Source: Abditibacterium sp.
GTDB lineage: Bacteria > Armatimonadota > Abditibacteriia > Abditibacteriales > Abditibacteriaceae
Assembly: GCA_965246885.1 (NCBI GenBank)
Contig: OZ251992.1
Span: forward strand, 3,168,001 to 3,232,000
Reading direction: 5' to 3'
Length of the DNA stretch: 64,000 bases
Shown here: positions 9,018 through 17,924 of the stretch, piece by piece
How the letters are laid out: every line of letters begins with the position of its first letter
Numbering within the stretch: position 1 is the stretch's first letter
Position numbers and translations under genes: made by a program
The notes under the pieces: model-generated
Told to the model about the DNA's origin: nothing
The model's input: the letters and a program-made list of their open reading frames with translations, nothing else
The model's database searches: none

Positions 9018-10028
9018 ATGAAAATCGCGGTTTTGGGGGCGGGGAGTTGGGGAGTGGGTCTCGCGGTGTTAGCGGTGCGGGCCGGGCACGACGTGACTTT
9101 GTGGGGGCGCGATGCCGGGAAAATGGGCGAGTTGGCGCGCATGGGCACAAGTCCGTTCTTCCCCGGCTTCGTGTTGCCGCCGATTGAGTTCGCGTCCGAT
9201 TTGGGGCGGGCGTTGGAAGGGGCATCCGTTGCGGTGTGCGCCCTCCCGTGCGCGACGTTACCGGAAATGGCGCCGCAATTTGTGCCGCTCTTGACCACTG
9301 GGTGTGTGTTAGTGTGCGGGTCAAAGGGGTTGCATCCGGTGTTGGGGCTGCGGCCTTCGGAAATGTGGCAGGCGGCGGGGTTAAATGAATCACGATTCGT
9401 GGCGCTGTCGGGGCCGAATTTGGCGGGCGAGATCGTGGTGGGCGCGGCGACTTCTTCGGTCGTGGCGTCGAGCGACCCCGACGCGGCTGCGACGGCGCGG
9501 CTGGCTTTCGATGGCGAAACGTTTCGCGTTTATACGCACACCGATGTGTTGGGCGTGGAGTTGGGCGGCGCGCTGAAGAACGTGGTCGCCATCGCTGCGG
9601 GGTTAGGCGACGGCAAGGGGTTCGGCGACAACGCCAAAGCCGCCCTCATGACGCGGCACTGGCGCGAAATGGCGCGGTTGGCAACGGCGCTCGGCGCGCG
9701 CGAAGCGACTCTATGGGGCTTGTCGGGCTTGGGCGACTTGTTGGCGACGTGCGCGAGCGCCCGCAGTCGCAACCACCGTTTGGGCGTGTTGTTGGGGCAG
9801 GGCCACACGCTGGGAAGCGCACAAGCGGAGATTGGGCAGACCATCGAGGGCATCAACACGGCTCGCGCCGCGCTCGAACTGGGCGCCCGCAACGGCGTGT
9901 TCTTGCCAGTAACGCAGGGGCTGGGCGCGATCCTGTTCGGGGGCATGCCGGTCGAAACGGCGTTAACAGCGCTGATGCGGCGCGAGGGGCGCAGCCAAAG
10001 CGAGGACGAAACGCCGCGCGCTTTATAA
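9018..10028 (+). CDS. gpsA: NAD(P)H-dependent glycerol-3-phosphate dehydrogenase
   Basis: GAGSWG, SGPNLA, GGALKNV, GLGDLLATC..SRN. Confidence 0.95.
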   Translation: MKIAVLGAGSWGVGLAVLAVRAGHDVTLWGRDAGKMGELARMGTSPFFPGFVLPPIEFASDLGRALEGASVAVCALPCATLPEMAPQFVPLLTTGCVLVCGSKGLHPVLGLRPSEMWQAAGLNESRFVALSGPNLAGEIVVGAATSSVVASSDPDAAATARLAFDGETFRVYTHTDVLGVELGGALKNVVAIAAGLGDGKGFGDNAKAALMTRHWREMARLATALGAREATLWGLSGLGDLLATCASARSRNHRLGVLLGQGHTLGSAQAEIGQTIEGINTARAALELGARNGVFLPVTQGLGAILFGGMPVETALTALMRREGRSQSEDETPRAL

Positions 10029-10160
10029 AGCCATTCGCGCACGGGGAAAATAAATATTTCCCTTTATAAAGCCATTTGCCCTTTTCAAGTGGGCGCGGGG
10101 GTGATAAGGTTGAAGGCGTGCCCCGATTTTTGGGCGACGTTGGCTTTATAAAGCGAACGT
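10020..10160. promoter_or_regulatory. three palindromic CTTTATAAAG sites (putative operators) upstream of hup
   Basis: copies at 10021, 10062, 10144; third extends to a 24-bp near-perfect palindrome 10137-10160. Confidence 0.65.
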
Positions 10161-10192
10161 TGGAAGCGGAAGAAACGGGAGTTTTTATCTCT

Positions 10193-10666
10193 ATGGCAGA
10201 CATCATGAACCGTAGCGACGTGCTGAGCACGGTCGCGGCTGAGTGCGACTTGTCCTCGGCCAAAGTGGACGCTGTTCTCAAAGCCTTCGAGGGCGCCATT
10301 GGGCGCTCGCTCGCAGGCGGCGGCGAAGTGCGAATTGCCGGGTTCGGCACGTTCAAAACTTCGCAGCGAAGCGCTCGCACCTCGCGCAACCCGCGCACGG
10401 GCGAACCCGTAGATGTCCCGGCGCGCACTGCCGCCCGCTTCATCCCCGGCAAAGGACTCAAAACCGCCGCCGAAGGCGCCGGAGCCACCACCGCCGCGCC
10501 CGCCAAGGGAGGCAAAACCGCCGCGAAAGCCGCACCCGCCAAGAGCGCCGCCGCCAAAGCCGCGCCCGCCAAAGGCGCTAAAGCTGACGCCAAAGCCGCT
10601 CCCGCCAAAAAAGCCGGGAAGAGCGATGCCAAAGCCGACAAAGCCCCAGCGAAAAAGAAAAAGTAG
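10193..10666 (+). CDS. hup: HU family DNA-binding protein with Lys/Ala-rich histone-H1-like tail
   Basis: GEVRIAGFGTF, RNPRTGE, FIPGKGLK; AKAAPAK-type repeats; start 10193 or 10205. Confidence 0.92.
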   Translation: MADIMNRSDVLSTVAAECDLSSAKVDAVLKAFEGAIGRSLAGGGEVRIAGFGTFKTSQRSARTSRNPRTGEPVDVPARTAARFIPGKGLKTAAEGAGATTAAPAKGGKTAAKAAPAKSAAAKAAPAKGAKADAKAAPAKKAGKSDAKADKAPAKKKK

Positions 10667-10687
10667 CACACTCTTTTTAAGTGCGCC

Positions 10688-10720
10688 TGCGCCGCTCGTA
10701 CGCAACGAGCGGCGCTTCTT
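10688..10720 (+). terminator. intrinsic terminator after hup
   Basis: GCGCCGCTCGT/ACGAGCGGCGC stem followed by TTCTT. Confidence 0.6.
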
Positions 10721-10786
10721 ATGGCGCGCGGTTGAAGCGGCGCGCAATTTCGCGCAAACTGCGTCCGCTTCGCAAGAGATGCTCTA

Positions 10787-10802
10787 AGGCACAATCCTTG
10801 CT
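10787..10802 (+). promoter_or_regulatory. putative sigma54 (-24/-12) promoter
   Basis: AGGCACAATCCTTGCT matches GGCAC-N5-TTGCW with GG-N10-GC spacing, 21 bp before ATG 10823. Confidence 0.55.
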
Positions 10803-10822
10803 TGCGACTTCCACGATTAACT

Positions 10823-11152
10823 ATGAAAATCTCGCAACTTTCTGTTCTGGCAGTGCTGGCTTTGGCCGCTCCGAGCGCCTTCGCGCAAACCGCCCCCGGT
10901 GCCCCCGGTGGCGCCACCACCACGACGACCACAACAACCACTGACGCTTCGTCCGTCACCAACGCCGGTTCCGCGTTCGCCACTGATTCCTCGGCCACCA
11001 CCGGCAACACCGATCCCGTTAGCATTGATCCCGCGCCCAAAGGCGAAATGGCCAACACCGGCGGCGAGCCGGAATTGATGTTCCTCGCGGGCCTTGCGCT
11101 TGCGTCGGGTGGATTACTTTTGCGCCGCAAAACTGGCGCGTCGCGCGCCTAA
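10823..11152 (+). CDS. small secreted Thr-rich protein with C-terminal sorting-signal-like tail
   Basis: signal peptide (AFA-Q), poly-Thr, MANTGG + TM helix + RRK. Confidence 0.7.
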   Translation: MKISQLSVLAVLALAAPSAFAQTAPGAPGGATTTTTTTTTDASSVTNAGSAFATDSSATTGNTDPVSIDPAPKGEMANTGGEPELMFLAGLALASGGLLLRRKTGASRA

Positions 11153-11169
11153 ATTGGCTTTGCTGTTCC

Positions 11170-11204
11170 AAAACCCCCTGCACGCACGCAGGGGGTTTTC
11201 GTTT
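11170..11204 (+). terminator. intrinsic terminator
   Basis: AAAACCCCCTGC/GCAGGGGGTTTT stem then CGTTT. Confidence 0.7.
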
Positions 11205-11214
11205 ACTTAAGCCC

Positions 11215-11769
11215 ATGAAGACCGCCCTGCCCTTGAGCGCGATTGCCCTGCTCGTTCTCCTTTGCAAAGCGAAGTGCCAAGCGCAGACGGTTGAACTGCG
11301 CTTGTCCGCGCCTAAAACGACGTGGCGGCTCAAAGACTACCCGCGCTTCGCGGTGACGTTGCGCAACAACAGCGCCGCTCCTCTCACCTTGGTGGAGCCG
11401 GGCGACGGCAGCGAAAGCGGCTGGCGCACCCCGGTCGTCAGTTGGTCGGTTCTGCCCGCCAAAAGCGTCGTCAAACATCCGACGCACGCCACGCCGGGAC
11501 ACATCCTTCGTTGTGGCAACATGAACCCGCTTGCCGCGAGCGAGATTTTCACCCTCGCGCCTCATCAAAGCCGCTCGCTGGGCGGCTGGCTCGGCGTCCC
11601 GCCCCTTCGCAAGCCGGGGCGCTACCGGGTCAAGTTCTTTTACGCCAACATTCCCGGCCAACCTTGGGTGGACGAAGGGCAAAACGACGCTCTCCTCATC
11701 CAGAGAGTGCGGCGAAGCAGCCAGTGTTCGCTCGCCAGCAACGAAATTATCCTCACTATCGTGCGCTAA
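11215..11769 (+). CDS. secreted hypothetical protein (beta-sandwich-like)
   Basis: signal peptide; VTLRNNS..LTLV and KPGRYRVKFFY patterns. Confidence 0.6.
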   Translation: MKTALPLSAIALLVLLCKAKCQAQTVELRLSAPKTTWRLKDYPRFAVTLRNNSAAPLTLVEPGDGSESGWRTPVVSWSVLPAKSVVKHPTHATPGHILRCGNMNPLAASEIFTLAPHQSRSLGGWLGVPPLRKPGRYRVKFFYANIPGQPWVDEGQNDALLIQRVRRSSQCSLASNEIILTIVR

Positions 11770-11778
11770 GGTGTCGCC

Positions 11779-12336
11779 TCACTCCGGCACGGCGCGGATG
11801 ACGCGGCAGGGGTTGCCCGCCGCGACAACGTTGGCGGGAATGTTTTTGGTCACGACGCTTCCGGCGCCAATGACGGTGTTGTTGCCGATGGACACACCCG
11901 GCAAGATGATGGCGCCGCCGCCAATCCAGACGTTGTGGCCAATGTTTATGGGCGTGCCCAATTCGAGCATGGCCACGCGCGTCGCGGCGTCGAGCGGGTG
12001 GTGGGCGGTGTAAATCTGCACGTTGGGGCCGAGCATGACGTTGTCGCCGATAGTAATCAGGGCGACATCGAGTAGGACGCAGCCGAAGTTGGCGTAGAAG
12101 TTGTCGCCGAGAACGATGTTGGTGCCGTAGTCGCAGCGAAAGGGCGGCTCGATTTCGATGCGCGGCCCCATCTTGCCCAAAAAGCGGTTGAGCAGGGCGC
12201 GGCGCACGTCGCGCTCGCTCGCTCGCGTGGAGTTGTAAGCGCCGGTCATGTCGCGCGCGGTTTGGCGCAGCTTGACCAGTTCCGGGTCGGCAGCGTTGTA
12301 GAGCGCGCCCGCCAGCATCTTTTGGCGCTCGGTCAT
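11779..12336 (-). CDS. maltose/galactoside O-acetyltransferase
   Basis: ERQKMLAGALY, PPFRCDYG, hexapeptide repeats, AGNPCRVIR. Confidence 0.92.
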   Translation of the reverse strand: MTERQKMLAGALYNAADPELVKLRQTARDMTGAYNSTRASERDVRRALLNRFLGKMGPRIEIEPPFRCDYGTNIVLGDNFYANFGCVLLDVALITIGDNVMLGPNVQIYTAHHPLDAATRVAMLELGTPINIGHNVWIGGGAIILPGVSIGNNTVIGAGSVVTKNIPANVVAAGNPCRVIRAVPE

Positions 12337-12818
12337 GCGTCCCTCGTGAGCAAGTCGCCCCCAAACAGCGCCGCCGCGAGGCAAATATAGATGAACAGGA
12401 GCGACTTGGGCTGCAAGTGCCGCTCGAAGCCGGGCTTGTAGCGCTCCGGCGCGACGTGGTAATCCACGACATACGCGAACAGCGACATCCCCACCGCTCC
12501 CAATGCGCACACGCCATACTTCCCCCGTCGCCGCGCGCGCGCGAACAGCCACTCGTGCATGTAAGCCCAGCCCGCGATGGAGACGTTGTTAAGCAGGAGC
12601 GCCGTGCCGGTGTATTTGAGGGACAGTTCGCGCTTGTCGAACGCTTCGTCCCCAAAGGCAATGTGCGCGATGGCGTTGAGCGGCGAAATGGCGTCGGAGT
12701 CTTCCATCTGCCCCGCCAGCATCACCGACGCGGCTCCGACAGTTCCGGCCAATGCCGCCTTGGGCGCGCCAGAGATGAGGGTGTCGCGCGCGCGGGCCAT
12801 TAAAAAGTCGCGGTTCAT
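12333..12818 (-). CDS. hypothetical membrane protein
   Basis: PLNAIAHI..GD and AYVVDYHVAP..PGFE segments with several TM helices; 4-bp overlap with next gene. Confidence 0.65.
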   Translation of the reverse strand: MNRDFLMARARDTLISGAPKAALAGTVGAASVMLAGQMEDSDAISPLNAIAHIAFGDEAFDKRELSLKYTGTALLLNNVSIAGWAYMHEWLFARARRRGKYGVCALGAVGMSLFAYVVDYHVAPERYKPGFERHLQPKSLLFIYICLAAALFGGDLLTRDA

Positions 12819-12831
12819 GGGGGTGTAGTGT

Positions 12832-12949
12832 GGGGCAAGCGACTGAAGTCGCAGCCAGCGGAATCGTCGGCCTTCGCCGACGGAGCAACAGTTCATCCCG
12901 TCGGCGAAGGCCGACGATTCCGCTGGCTGCGACTTCAGTCGCTTGCCCC
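12832..12949. repeat. REP/REPIN-like nested palindrome, family A copy 3
   Basis: near-perfect ~50-bp arms with the family core. Confidence 0.9.
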
Positions 12950-12952
12950 CAT

Positions 12953-12988
12953 AAAAAAGCGCGGCCACCTTATCGGTGGCCGCGCTTT
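12953..12988 (-). terminator. intrinsic terminator of 13005-13532 gene
   Basis: AAAGCGCGGCCACC/GGTGGCCGCGCTTT stem with T-tract on the minus strand. Confidence 0.75.
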
Positions 12989-13004
12989 CATCGTTGCTCC
13001 GGCT

Positions 13005-13532
13005 TTACATGGCGCCGGTGCGACCGCCGTGTTGGGCGAGGATTTGCGCAACGGCGGCGTTGTTGAGGTCGCCGGTGTCCACGACGACGAGGGTGCCGCC
13101 GTTTTCGATGGCCGTCCCGTAGTGCTGCGCTTCGCGCTCATCGTAGCCCGCACGGGTGAGGGCTGAGGCAACGAGGCCCGTCGTGCCGCCGACAACGGCG
13201 CCCGCGACGGCACCGCCGCCAACCGCGCCCAAGGCAGTTGACAACAGCGTGCCCGCCGTAATGAAGGGGCCAACTCCGGGAATAAGCGCCGCCGCGATGC
13301 CGAACAAGGCGCCTGCGCCCATACCGGCGAGAGTGCCGCGCGCGACATCGCTGCCTGCGTCGTCATGGGTAGCGCCGGTGCCAACGCCCGAAACGCCGTC
13401 GCCTTGGCGGGCGATGATGGAAAAGTGGGACTCCGAAACGCCCTGCGCGCGGATGGCGTTCACGGCGGCTTCGGCCTGAGCGCGGTTGTCAAATAAAGCC
13501 GAAACGCGGCTTCCCGATTGTGTGCTGGTCAT
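13005..13532 (-). CDS. general stress protein (YflT/17M-like)
   Basis: VSALFDNRAQAEAAV, IPGVGPFITAG, Gly-rich TM, EAQHY..IENGGTLVVV. Confidence 0.75.
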   Translation of the reverse strand: MTSTQSGSRVSALFDNRAQAEAAVNAIRAQGVSESHFSIIARQGDGVSGVGTGATHDDAGSDVARGTLAGMGAGALFGIAAALIPGVGPFITAGTLLSTALGAVGGGAVAGAVVGGTTGLVASALTRAGYDEREAQHYGTAIENGGTLVVVDTGDLNNAAVAQILAQHGGRTGAM

Positions 13533-13636
13533 GGTGGTAAAGGAACTTTCGATTCTCCAAGCGAAAGCCGCGCCCCGTTAAAGCAAGACTGGCGCCACTT
13601 TGCCCCATCCGGTGCGAGGGGAAACCCTTGGCTTGC

Positions 13637-14758
13637 TTAGGCGCCCTTTAAGCGGTCGGGGTTGAGGCCGTGCAACGCGTCGGGCACGAACAGGCCATCT
13701 TTGCGAATCAGTTCACCGTCGAAGAAAACCTCGCCGCCGCCGTATTCGGGGCGCTGGATGCACACCATGTCCCAGTGAACCTCGCTCCTGTTGCCGTTGT
13801 CGGCGGCTTCGTAGGCTTGGCCGGGGGTGAAGTGGAAGCTGCCCGCGATCTTCTCGTCGAACAAGATGTCTTTCATCGGCTGGAGGATGTAGGGGTTATA
13901 GCCAAACGACCACTCGCCGATATAGCGGGCGCCTTCGTCGGTGTCCAGCACCTCGTTGAGTTTTTGGGTTTGCGAACTGGTGGCCTCGACGATCTTCCCA
14001 TCCTTGAAGACGAGGCGCACGTTCTCGTGGGTGACGCCATGCTCGATGGTGGGCGCGTTATATTGGAGGACGCCGTTGACCGAATCGCGCACAGGCGCAG
14101 TGAAGCACTCGCCGTCGGGGATGTTGCGGTCGCCAAAGCACGGCACGACGCCGATGTCTTTGATGGAGAACGTGAGTTCGGTTCCCGGCCCGACGATGTG
14201 GACGTGGTCGGCGCGCTCCATCCGTTCGACAAGCGGTTGCACGGCGTCTTTCATGCGCCCGTAGTCGAAGGTGCAAACCTCGAAGAAGAAATCCTCGAAC
14301 GCTTCCGTCGACATCTTGGCTTCTTGGGCCATCGAGGGCGACGGGTAGCGCAACACGACCCACTTGGTCTTCTTCACGCGTTGCTCCATGTGGACTGGGT
14401 GGAGCCAGTGCTTGGTGTAGAGCTTGAGGCGCTCGGAGGGAACATCGGACAACTCCGCCGCGTTATCGGCGCCGCGAACGGCGATATAGGCTTGGACGTG
14501 CTGCATCTGGTGCAAGCCGACCTGCCCATTGAGGAGCATGGCGTCGTCGGTTGCGCCCAAGAACAGGGCGCGCGTGACGGCGCTTTGGCGCACGTTCACC
14601 ATCGCGTTGCCGCCCGCTGCTTGCGCCGCGCGCAGGATGGCAACAGTCAGTTCAGCGGGCACATCGGTAGCTTCGATGAGAATGTTTTCGCCCGGCTGGA
14701 GGCGGGTGGAGTGGCGGATGAGCACATCGGCCAACTGGTCAAAGCGTGGGTCTTTCAT
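13637..14758 (-). CDS. M29 family aminopeptidase (AmpS/AmpT-like)
   Basis: NIPDGECFTAP, GARYIGE, LFDEKIAGSFHF..G..Y, SEVHWDMV. Confidence 0.92.
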   Translation of the reverse strand: MKDPRFDQLADVLIRHSTRLQPGENILIEATDVPAELTVAILRAAQAAGGNAMVNVRQSAVTRALFLGATDDAMLLNGQVGLHQMQHVQAYIAVRGADNAAELSDVPSERLKLYTKHWLHPVHMEQRVKKTKWVVLRYPSPSMAQEAKMSTEAFEDFFFEVCTFDYGRMKDAVQPLVERMERADHVHIVGPGTELTFSIKDIGVVPCFGDRNIPDGECFTAPVRDSVNGVLQYNAPTIEHGVTHENVRLVFKDGKIVEATSSQTQKLNEVLDTDEGARYIGEWSFGYNPYILQPMKDILFDEKIAGSFHFTPGQAYEAADNGNRSEVHWDMVCIQRPEYGGGEVFFDGELIRKDGLFVPDALHGLNPDRLKGA

Positions 14759-15863
14759 ACGGGTTGAAGTTTGGCGACTTCGCCTCGCCCAGCACATGCG
14801 ACATGCCCTCGCCATCCACATACGCCGGATCGCGCGGCCACTCGTTCGTCCAGCCATCGGGGACGGTGGCAGTCGCGGGCAACAGGTTGTGCGCGCCTTG
14901 GACGGCAACGGGCGGGCGCGGCGTGGTCAGGATTTGATCGGAGCCGACAAAGACGTTGCCGCCGATTTGCGCGCTCGTGCCGGGGTCGTCCAGCGAGATG
15001 AAGCGGATGCGCCCGTTTCCCGCAATGAGCGTGTTGCGCCACAGAAACAACGTGCCCGTGTGCTTGCCGCCCGATTCGCTGCCGAAGAGGATGAACTTGG
15101 CGCCGTTGCCCGTGCGGTCGGGGCGGCTTTGGATGAAGTTGCCGACCAAAACCGCGTTGGAGTTGGGCGTATCGGTCGCGCCGGGGGCGTCCACGAGGCC
15201 CACTTCGCCCTCGTTGGAGCCGGTAATCCAGTTGTCGCGCAGTTCGTTGAAGTGCGCGCGGGACTTGTAGTTTTGGCCGTAGGTCGCGTCGTGGATCCAG
15301 CAGTCGCGCACGAGGACGGCGTTGCCGCTCATATAGAAGTTGTGCGAGTAGCCCGCGAATTTGTCCGTCCCGTTGTGGTCTACTTCGCAGCGTTCGACGG
15401 TCGCGGTTCGCTTGTCGCCGCCGAAGACGCCCATGTCGCAGTCGTGGATGTGGCAGTCGCGGATAGTGGCGCCGGTCGAGTCAAGCAAGCGCACGCCCGC
15501 CGCGTTGTTGCCGTTGCGCGCGTTCTCGATGTCGAGATGCTCCAACACGATATGCGCGCCGGTGATTTCCAACGCGCCGCGCGGCTTTGGCCCGCGCCCC
15601 GACGTGTCCAAGCCGCTCGCGTCGAAGGTGGCGCGCGCCGCGCCGACGCCGCGAATAGTGATGGGCGCCGCGTCGGTGCCAACGGAAGTGATGCGATTAA
15701 CCTCGTGATAGACGCCGGGGTCGAGTTCAACGACATCACCCGCCTTGAGGCGCGGCAACACGGCGGCGAGCGTTTTGTCCGCGCGCTCCGCGCCCACGCG
15801 GTAAGTCGCGGCGCGCGCGCCAAGGGAAAAGGCGAAGACCAGAGCGAGTGAGAGCAAGCGCAT
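14739..15863 (-). CDS. secreted right-handed parallel beta-helix protein
   Basis: signal peptide, LKAGDVVELDPGVY, NAAGVR, HNFYM, YKSRA, beta-helix repeats. Confidence 0.75.
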   Translation of the reverse strand: MRLLSLALVFAFSLGARAATYRVGAERADKTLAAVLPRLKAGDVVELDPGVYHEVNRITSVGTDAAPITIRGVGAARATFDASGLDTSGRGPKPRGALEITGAHIVLEHLDIENARNGNNAAGVRLLDSTGATIRDCHIHDCDMGVFGGDKRTATVERCEVDHNGTDKFAGYSHNFYMSGNAVLVRDCWIHDATYGQNYKSRAHFNELRDNWITGSNEGEVGLVDAPGATDTPNSNAVLVGNFIQSRPDRTGNGAKFILFGSESGGKHTGTLFLWRNTLIAGNGRIRFISLDDPGTSAQIGGNVFVGSDQILTTPRPPVAVQGAHNLLPATATVPDGWTNEWPRDPAYVDGEGMSHVLGEAKSPNFNPYERPTL

Positions 15864-15868
15864 GATTT

Positions 15869-16666
15869 CTAAAACAGCCGCGACACTCCCAGCGCGTAGA
15901 AGTAGTCTGGCCCGCCCGCGCGGTTTCCCAAGCCGATTCCGGCGCTGGCGTCGAGTTGCGTGCGCGGGCCGAGCAGTTGCGTGAAGCCGCCGTCCAGATA
16001 CTTGAGCGTTTCGCCGTTGCCGCCGATGGCATACAGTTCGCCGAACGTCCCGACGCGCGGCGACAAGGCGTAGGTGAGCGACGCCGACCCGAAGACTTGG
16101 TTATAGCGGGTGATGCGGGCCGCGCCTTGATTGGCGCTTCGCACGTATCCTAAGTTCAGCGTCGCACCGAGTTTGTCGGACAATTTCAGGTCGCCCGACA
16201 AGCGCACGCCGGGCTGAAAGGCGCGCGTCGCCACGCTCCGCGTGCCCGTCGGAAGGATGGAGTTGACGAGGAGCGCGTACACCGTCCGCTTCGAGGCGCC
16301 CAAGCGGAACTTGCCTTCGAGGAAGAGGTTATCGGCGCCGCTTGAGCGCACGCCGCCCGCGTGCGAGACGAGATAGGACGGAATCCCGATACGCGCTTCG
16401 GCGCGCGCCGCAACCGGGATGCGCACGAGGGCTTGCCCGAAAGCGTAGGACTCCGCCCCGCCAAAGCGCGTGCCCGTCGCGCCCGCCTCGACTTGGACGT
16501 GGCCGCGCGGCACGATGCCCGTGCCGTTGGAAAAGCCGGGACGGTCGGTCGAGATTTGAAGCGGAGCCGCCGCCGCATCGGGCGGCGCGACCTTGGGCGG
16601 GGCGGCTTCCTGCGCGGCGCACAACGTGACGGGCGCAAGGGTGGCAAGAAGAAGTGGGATTTTCAT
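15869..16666 (-). CDS. outer-membrane beta-barrel (MetA-pathway/transporter family)
   Basis: signal peptide, ISTDRPG..VPRGHVQVEAG, QLDASAG, C-terminal Phe. Confidence 0.75.
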   Translation of the reverse strand: MKIPLLLATLAPVTLCAAQEAAPPKVAPPDAAAAPLQISTDRPGFSNGTGIVPRGHVQVEAGATGTRFGGAESYAFGQALVRIPVAARAEARIGIPSYLVSHAGGVRSSGADNLFLEGKFRLGASKRTVYALLVNSILPTGTRSVATRAFQPGVRLSGDLKLSDKLGATLNLGYVRSANQGAARITRYNQVFGSASLTYALSPRVGTFGELYAIGGNGETLKYLDGGFTQLLGPRTQLDASAGIGLGNRAGGPDYFYALGVSRLF

Positions 16667-16684
16667 CGGGCAGAGTATTATGTC

Positions 16685-17863
16685 TCAGCGCCGTCCCAAC
16701 TCCAGCACTGCCCGCGCGATTTCGCGGGCCGCGCCCGGTTTGGCGAGCGTCTTGGCGGATTCTTCCATGCTTTGCAAAGCCGCTTTATCGGCCAATAGGC
16801 CCGCGACCATTTGGAGCAAGCGCGGGCCGTCGCACTCGGCTTGCGGCAGGACGCGCGCGGCCCCGGCGCGCTCGGCCATGCGCGCGTTTTTGGTTTGTTC
16901 GTCGCCGCCCGTTGGCACAAGCGGGACATACAGCGCGGCTTTGCCGAGGGCGCACAACTCCGTGAGCGTGCCTGCCCCGGCGCGGCCCACGACCAAATCG
17001 GCCAGCGCCAACACGTCGCGCAGTTCCTCTTTTACGAAGGGCGTCAGGGCGTAGCGCGCTTGCAATTCGGGCGGAAGCATCAAGCGCGCGCGCGTGAGGC
17101 GGTCGAAGTCGCGCTCCGCTTCGTCGGGCTGGGCGCCGCATTGGTGAATCACGCGGCACGTTCCCAGCAACTCCGGCAAGCACTCCTCGACCGCTCGGTT
17201 CAGCACGCGCGCGCCCAAGCTACCGCCCGTGACATAGACGACGGGCAGAAACTCATCGGACAACCCGAAGTGGGCGACGGCCTTACCCGGCACGCCGCCG
17301 AATATCTGCGGGCGAATCGGGCTGCCCGCGACGAACGCTTTGGCGCGAAGTGACGGCTCCAAGAGCGGCAGCGCCGCGTCCCACGACAGCGCGATGCGCC
17401 GCGCAAAACGCGCGCAAATGCGGTTGGCAAGGCCGATTTGCACCGTCTGCTCGTGGATGAGCACCGGCACTTTCAACAGCCCCGCCGCGACGACGGGCGG
17501 AACCGCGACGTAGCCGCCCGTCGCCAACACGACATCAGGCGCCCACGCGCGCACTATCCCCATCGCCTGCCCCACCCCAACCGGCACGCGCACCCAGTCG
17601 GCCATGTTCTGGAGCGAGAAGTAGCGCCGCAACTTGCCCGTCGCCACCGCCACAAACGGCACGCCCGCCGCCTCGACCTGCTTTCGTTCCATCCCGCCGC
17701 GCGAGCCGACATAGCGAAACTCCGTGCCCGGTTCGAGTTCGCGCAGTGTCGCTATCAGCGCCAAGGCGGGCGAAATATGCCCCGCCGTCCCACCCCCCGT
17801 CACCAAAACACGAAGCGGACGCGAGGAAGACAACGAAGAGGGCGGCGAGGAAGGCGAACTCAT
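16685..17863 (-). CDS. murG: undecaprenyl-PP-MurNAc-pentapeptide GlcNAc transferase
   Basis: GGGTAGHI, TGKLRRY, TGGYVA, HEQ, GGSLGA, RAGAGT, QTKNA. Confidence 0.93.
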   Translation of the reverse strand: MSSPSSPPSSLSSSRPLRVLVTGGGTAGHISPALALIATLRELEPGTEFRYVGSRGGMERKQVEAAGVPFVAVATGKLRRYFSLQNMADWVRVPVGVGQAMGIVRAWAPDVVLATGGYVAVPPVVAAGLLKVPVLIHEQTVQIGLANRICARFARRIALSWDAALPLLEPSLRAKAFVAGSPIRPQIFGGVPGKAVAHFGLSDEFLPVVYVTGGSLGARVLNRAVEECLPELLGTCRVIHQCGAQPDEAERDFDRLTRARLMLPPELQARYALTPFVKEELRDVLALADLVVGRAGAGTLTELCALGKAALYVPLVPTGGDEQTKNARMAERAGAARVLPQAECDGPRLLQMVAGLLADKAALQSMEESAKTLAKPGAAREIARAVLELGRR

Positions 17864-17924
17864 GCACCCTCAAGCATCCCAAAAACGGGACGGGCCGCGC
17901 CGAGTGGCGCCTTACACTGGCTCC

